Notes under the pieces: model-generated
The model's database searches: none
Told to the model about the DNA's origin: nothing
The model's input: the letters and a program-made list of their open reading frames with translations, nothing else
Source: an uncultured Candidatus Saccharibacteria bacterium
GTDB taxonomy: Bacteria > Patescibacteriota > Minisyncoccia > Minisyncoccales > GWA2-38-27
Direction of reading: 5' to 3'
Assembly (NCBI GenBank): GCA_964391095.1
Contig: CAYMJA010000004.1
Coordinates: 1-56,714, forward strand
Length of the DNA: 56,714 nucleotides
Translations under genes and position numbers: made by a program
In this document: in pieces, positions 50,947 through 56,714 of the stretch
Layout of the letters: each line of letters opens with the position of its first letter
How positions within the stretch are numbered: the first letter of the stretch is position 1

Positions 50947-51798
50947 TTATATGCCCAAACAATAATCAATCAAGGTTCTGGCGTTTTCTATGGCATATCC
51001 ATAAGCATCATTATTAAAATAGACATAGATATCTAAGTTTTGTTTTAAATATTTTTTGATCTTTTCTGCCAATTTTTTTAGCTCCTTCTGGGAATAATTA
51101 GAAGTATAAAGAACCTTCCCGCCATGCATCCTAATGTAGAGAAAATCGCTGGTAATTATCTCCTCAAAGGGCCACTGGGGTGAATCTGCCAAACAAAGAG
51201 AAATATTTTTTTGCTTTTTTAAAATCTGATAAACATCCTCTGAAAACCAAGTTGGGTGACGAAATTCCAAAACAAATCGATATTTGTGGTTAGTTTTCTC
51301 TACCCCGTTAGAGATACATTTGCTCTCTATCTCTTTTTCACCCCTAAAATCTCTAACGGGGTCTACCATTTCAATAAATTCTTTTAACCTCCCTAAGTCT
51401 TTTTTCCAAAGAGGTGGTAACTGAAACAAAAAAGGACCAAGTTTATTTTTTAGACGCAGGGCTCTTTCCAGAAATGTTTTCCAAGCGGTTTTGCACTGAT
51501 GGAGATATTTAATATGGGTAATATAGCGAGAGACCTTTACTGCAAAAATAAAATCCTTGTTTGTTCTTTCTCTCCAATTAGAAAAACTCTTTGAAGAAGG
51601 TAATTTATAAAAAGGGTAATTCATCTCTACCGTATTAAAATGTTTAGCATAGTATGCCAGCTGTTTTGTTTTTGGCAGTCCCCTGGGATAAAAAACATCA
51701 TTTTCCCAATGAGGATAAGAGTAGCCGGAAGTTCCGATATATAGCTTTGACCCTTCACCTTTAGCCGAAGGTGAAGGGTTTAAATTTGTTTTTAACAT
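50947..51798 (-). CDS. DUF72 (YecE-like) domain protein
   Basis: IGTSGYSYPHW, YAKHFNTVEMNYPFYKLP and EFRHPTWF. Confidence 0.85.
   Translation of the reverse strand: MLKTNLNPSPSAKGEGSKLYIGTSGYSYPHWENDVFYPRGLPKTKQLAYYAKHFNTVEMNYPFYKLPSSKSFSNWRERTNKDFIFAVKVSRYITHIKYLHQCKTAWKTFLERALRLKNKLGPFLFQLPPLWKKDLGRLKEFIEMVDPVRDFRGEKEIESKCISNGVEKTNHKYRFVLEFRHPTWFSEDVYQILKKQKNISLCLADSPQWPFEEIITSDFLYIRMHGGKVLYTSNYSQKELKKLAEKIKKYLKQNLDIYVYFNNDAYGYAIENARTLIDYCLGI
51299..51367. mobile_element. in-frame palindromic insertion with 13-bp perfect inverted repeats and a TCTACC direct repeat
   Basis: CCCCGTTAGAGAT (51303-51315) pairs with ATCTCTAACGGGG (51349-51361). TCTACC occurs at 51299-51304 and 51362-51367. The 63-nt offset equals 21 codons. 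Confidence 0.5.
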
Positions 51799-51841
51799 AG
51801 GATTGTCTTAATTGAGAAATACCATTCTCCCATTTTACAAT

Positions 51842-51880
51842 AAAAAAAGGAACGACTAAAGTTACTTTTTTAGTCGTTCC
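51842..51880 (-). terminator. intrinsic terminator of greA
   Basis: 12-bp stem GGAACGACTAAA/TTTAGTCGTTCC followed on the minus strand by TTTTTTTA. Confidence 0.8.
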
Positions 51881-51927
51881 TTACAATTCCTTACAATAAA
51901 GAAAATAAAAATTCTCTAAAGTAATAA

Positions 51928-52416
51928 TTAATTTTTGTATTTTATTTTTTTAATTCTATAAATGACTTTTATCGGGGAAGAAATGACAACTTCATCCCCA
52001 ACCCGATGACCTAAAAGAGCTTTTCCTACTGGAGATTCATTGCTAATTTTTCCCAAAACAGGATTAGCTTCTAATGTTCCTACAATTTTAAACTTATCTT
52101 TATCGCCATCTATTTCTACTGATACTTCAGCTCCCAGGCATATAATATTTCTTTTAGGGGCAGGGGGAGCTTTTATCAACTCTGCATTCTTTAAAATATT
52201 TTCCAGTTCAGTAATTTTCTTTTCAAGAAGGTTTAAGTTTTCTTGAAAAGAAAGGTATTCGGGATTTAAATCTTCGGAATGTAAAATTTCCGGAGCCACC
52301 ACCCTTCTTGTTTTAGCCAACTTAATCTCCTTCAAGACTTCATATTCTTTTTTTATTTTTTTAAGACCCTGGATAGATAAATAAAATTTTTCTTCTCCCG
52401 GTATATTAATATTCAT
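51928..52416 (-). CDS. greA: transcription elongation factor GreA
   Basis: Coiled-coil tip SEDLNPEY and C-terminal ISNESPVGKALLGHRVGDEV. Confidence 0.85.
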   Translation of the reverse strand: MNINIPGEEKFYLSIQGLKKIKKEYEVLKEIKLAKTRRVVAPEILHSEDLNPEYLSFQENLNLLEKKITELENILKNAELIKAPPAPKRNIICLGAEVSVEIDGDKDKFKIVGTLEANPVLGKISNESPVGKALLGHRVGDEVVISSPIKVIYRIKKIKYKN

Positions 52417-52429
52417 AAAAATAATAGAA

Positions 52430-52510
52430 CCTCCTTGCTTGAGGAGGCTTGGTCGTTTTTAAATTTCTAATTTTTAGATTTCTTTATTTCGTCTTTCTAC
52501 CAAGCCTCCT
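52430..52510 (-). promoter_or_regulatory. greA leader with SD / anti-SD / anti-anti-SD arrangement
   Basis: The minus-strand RNA reads AGGAGGCUUGGU-45 nt-ACCAAGCCUCCU-CAAGC-AAGGAGG-13 nt-AUG. The CCUCCU can pair with either AGGAGG. Confidence 0.5.
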
Positions 52511-52653
52511 AATCAATTTTTTTTACAAGAATAGCAACCACGAAAAGGTTATCAATAAAAATACAGGCAGTTGACAAAACGCGTTTATTAGTGAATAGAT
52601 TAGAATCTAAAAAATTAATTTTTTTGGTTTTTTTTATCCATTATTTTAATTCA

Positions 52654-52682
52654 ATTATACAACGTAAGCTGTAATATCTCAA
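52654..52682 (-). promoter_or_regulatory. sigma70-like promoter TTGAGA-17-TATAAT upstream of greA
   Basis: Reverse-strand -35 at 52677-52682 and -10 at 52654-52659. Confidence 0.5.
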
Positions 52683-52718
52683 CGAATCAAGACGCTATCA
52701 AAAACAACCTATTATCTG

Positions 52719-52746
52719 ATTTTAATCGACTCAGCGGATTTGTCAA
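52719..52746 (-). promoter_or_regulatory. sigma70-like promoter TTGACA-16-TAAAAT
   Basis: Reverse-strand TTGACA (52741-52746) and TAAAAT (52719-52724), about 300 nt upstream of greA. Confidence 0.5.
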
Positions 52747-52804
52747 GGACTTATAGATAATCCTTTCTGCTTTATTTTCTAAGGTCACAACTCGAGTTTT
52801 GCGT

Positions 52805-54609
<1,805 letters not shown>

Positions 54610-54611
54610 TA

Positions 54612-54902
54612 TTAATCAATAATTGCTAAAATATCTTCTTGCTTTGCGATTAAATAGTTTTTATTCTCAACCTTTATTTCGTTTGGACCATATTTCGTAA
54701 ACAAAACTTTATCTCCAGGTTTTACTGTAATAGGGATAACTTTCCCTGAAGCTGTTTTGCGGCCGGGTCCTACTGCAATTACTTTCCCTTGTTCAGGCCT
54801 CTCTTGTTCAGCGGTCTGGGGAAGTAAAATACCTGTTTCTGTCCTTTCTTCTTCTTTTATTGGTTCAATAAGTATATGGTCTGAAAGTGGCTTTATCTTC
54901 AT
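54612..54902 (-). CDS. groES: co-chaperonin GroES
   Basis: MKIKPLSDHILIEP... The start at 54902 is preferred because the track's N-terminal extension reads through a repeat element. Confidence 0.95.
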   Translation of the reverse strand: MKIKPLSDHILIEPIKEEERTETGILLPQTAEQERPEQGKVIAVGPGRKTASGKVIPITVKPGDKVLFTKYGPNEIKVENKNYLIAKQEDILAIID

Positions 54903-54907
54903 AATTT

Positions 54908-54978
54908 CAGCACACAGCGAACAGTACACAGCGAACAATATCTAATTTATTTTGTTCATTGTTCATTGTTCATTGTTT
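54908..54978 (-). repeat. leader hairpin element, GTTCATT-heptamer family, copy 2
   Basis: Shares CAGCGAACA(A/G)TATCTAATTTATTTTGTTCATTGTTCATTGTTCATTGTTT with 5296-5358. Confidence 0.85.
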
Positions 54979-55006
54979 ACTTTAGTTAATAATTGTCTAA
55001 CATTCT

Positions 55007-55034
55007 ATTTTAAGGATAAGAGAAAAAAAGTCAA
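55007..55034 (-). promoter_or_regulatory. sigma70-like promoter TTGACT-16-TAAAAT of groES-groEL
   Basis: Reverse-strand TTGACT (55029-55034) and TAAAAT (55007-55012). Confidence 0.6.
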
Positions 55035-55119
55035 GTACTTGTCTAAAACATAATGCCACTCCATTAAAAAAACCCAAGGAAGATCGAAAATCCTTGGGCT
55101 ATTTGAAGTATTTGCTACT

Positions 55120-56700
55120 TCATACATTTCTTGCTTTTACTGGGACTTGAAGAAGATGGTTAATTGCAGCTACTAATGCTTTGGCAAAAGCGAAAGCAAT
55201 ATCAGTATCGCTGCCCCGACCATATCCTATCTGTCCATTGCTTTCCACTCGAAGAGTTACTAAACCAACAGCTTCAACTCCTCCAGTTGCTTTTCCAACA
55301 TTGAAATCCTTAAGTTCTAATTCTGCTTTAAGAATTCCTTGACGGGAAACAGCTTTGACAACAGCATCCCAAATCGAAGCAACCGGACCGTTTCCGCTTC
55401 CTGAGGCTTCGAACTCAATTCCATTTTGGGAAAGAGTTACTGTCGCTGATAATCTATCCTCAACCCGGTGATAATCAACTCTCCGCACCACAATTAAATG
55501 CGTGACCACAGCTTCTCTTTTTGTCAAAATTTCCTGAACCAACAAATGAAGGTCGTCATTATAGACATAGATTTTGCTGTCAGCCAAATCAGTAAACTTT
55601 TTATAGATTCTCTCTAAAAACTCTTTATCCACCTGATAACCCAAATTTTCCAATCTAAACTTCAAAGCGCGCTTGCCAGAATGTTTGGTCAAGGGCATAG
55701 ATTCACCTTCCCAGCCAACATCTTCTGGTCTCATAATTTCATATGTAGCTCTATCTTTTAAAACTCCATCAGCGTGGATTCCAGCACCATGTCTAAAAAC
55801 ATTTCCTCCTACAATTGATAGATTATCGGGAATAGGTTTGCCAATTACCGAAGCTACCAATCTTGCTGTTCTACCAAGTTCTGTAGTATCAAGAGCAACT
55901 TGAACTTTGTAGTAATCGCTTCTTGTTCTTAAAGCCATCACTACGGCTTCTAATTGAGCATTACCTGCTCTTTCTCCGATTCCTAAAACACAACACTCTA
56001 ATTGCCGGATTCCTGCTTCCACACCAGATAGAGTATTAGCTATTGCTAACCCTAAATCGTTGTGACAATGAGCAGAAAGAACTACTGAATTCAACTCGGG
56101 TACTTTTTCTCTAAGATATTTTATCAAGTTGTAATATTCTCTTCCGACACTATAGCCGACAGTATCTGGAATATTAATTGTTGTTGCTCCAGCTGTAATA
56201 GCTGCTTTAACAACTTCTGCCAAAAATTCTCTTCCGCTTCTTGCCGCATCTTCAGGAGAAAATTCAACATCATCAACATATTTTTTGGCCAAGGCAACAG
56301 ATTGCGCTACCATTTCTAAAATCTCGTCTGGAGATTTCCGAAGTTTCTTTTCCATATGGACATCAGAAGTAGCAACAAAAGTGTGAATCCGAGGAGTTTT
56401 TTTTGCTCTCTCCAATACCTGGGCGGCTCTTCTAATATCTTCCTCTTTCGTCCGCGCCAAAGCGCAAATAGTCGGTCCTAAGACTGATTGAGAAATCTTT
56501 GAAACCGCCTCAAACTCTCCTTCTGAAGCAATAGGAAAACCTGCTTCAATGACATCAACCCCTAATCTGGCTAACTGTTTAGCCACCAGAATCTTAGAAC
56601 TCACATCCATTTTACAACCAGGCGATTGCTCGCCATCTCTTAAGGTGGTGTCAAAAATCACTATCTTCTTCATTGACGTGGTTTCTCCTTTGTTTCTCAT
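55120..56700 (-). CDS. leuA: 2-isopropylmalate synthase / citramalate synthase family (LeuA/CimA)
   Basis: IFDTTLRDGEQSPG, HCHNDLGLA and a C-terminal LeuA dimerisation/regulatory domain. An alternative start at 56673 (MKKIV) is possible. Confidence 0.85.
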   Translation of the reverse strand: MRNKGETTSMKKIVIFDTTLRDGEQSPGCKMDVSSKILVAKQLARLGVDVIEAGFPIASEGEFEAVSKISQSVLGPTICALARTKEEDIRRAAQVLERAKKTPRIHTFVATSDVHMEKKLRKSPDEILEMVAQSVALAKKYVDDVEFSPEDAARSGREFLAEVVKAAITAGATTINIPDTVGYSVGREYYNLIKYLREKVPELNSVVLSAHCHNDLGLAIANTLSGVEAGIRQLECCVLGIGERAGNAQLEAVVMALRTRSDYYKVQVALDTTELGRTARLVASVIGKPIPDNLSIVGGNVFRHGAGIHADGVLKDRATYEIMRPEDVGWEGESMPLTKHSGKRALKFRLENLGYQVDKEFLERIYKKFTDLADSKIYVYNDDLHLLVQEILTKREAVVTHLIVVRRVDYHRVEDRLSATVTLSQNGIEFEASGSGNGPVASIWDAVVKAVSRQGILKAELELKDFNVGKATGGVEAVGLVTLRVESNGQIGYGRGSDTDIAFAFAKALVAAINHLLQVPVKARNV

Positions 56701-56714
56701 GGGTCTTCTCCTTT

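Noticed and set aside
52571-52606. Plus-strand promoter (TTGACA at 52571) antisense to the greA leader.
   Set aside because: The best -10 candidates (TAGATT, TAGAAT) sit at 19-24 nt spacing, which is too far. There is no downstream plus-strand gene.
54903-55034. CIRCE/HrcA operator in the groES leader.
   Set aside because: No TTAGCACTC-N9-GAGTGCTAA-like inverted repeat is present. The closest match (TTAGACAATTATTAACTAA) does not form the required palindrome.

Overview
AT-rich, tightly packed bacterial chromosome segment with about 60 protein genes, 50 of them on the minus strand. All calls come from motif recall and hand folding; no database search was possible.

Gene content is mostly housekeeping:
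- Cell division: ftsA-ftsZ.
- Six aminoacyl-tRNA synthetases: hisS, leuS, metG, glyQS, ileS, argS.
- Translation: rpsU, pth, smpB plus tmRNA, infC-rpmI-rplT.
- C1 metabolism: glyA-folD.
- Chaperonins: groES-groEL.
- DNA uptake and repair: comEC, dprA, topA, recO, polX, ogt.
- A small sugar-modification cluster, several Nudix and membrane proteins, and two GreA-type factors.
- One tRNA-Leu(CAA). No rRNA, CRISPR array, transposase or integrase was seen.

The standard genetic code fits, since TGA is used as a stop. Gene content and small gene sizes suggest a reduced-genome, Patescibacteria/CPR-like organism; this is inference only.

Main points of interest:
1. A tRNA-Leu-adjacent accessory islet (about 12.6-15.4 kb). 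It holds two paralogous type IV pilin-like genes that share a duplicated promoter/leader/signal module. One of them fuses the pilin-type N-terminus to a DUF1343/NamZ-like exo-muramidase domain.
2. A family of short GC-rich palindromic elements inserted in frame into conserved genes (dprA, groEL, ileS, a DUF72 gene, a Nudix gene). This resembles Rickettsia palindromic elements.
3. Several families of hairpin elements with 7-nt periodicity. They form the leaders or spacers of core genes and also occur in frame inside pth, metG and argS.
4. A 274-nt imperfect palindrome that fills a whole intergenic region.
5. A tail-less FtsZ, a PurF-like protein without the catalytic Cys, an SD/anti-SD/anti-anti-SD leader upstream of greA, and GC-rich orphan genes that each have their own promoter, SD and terminator.
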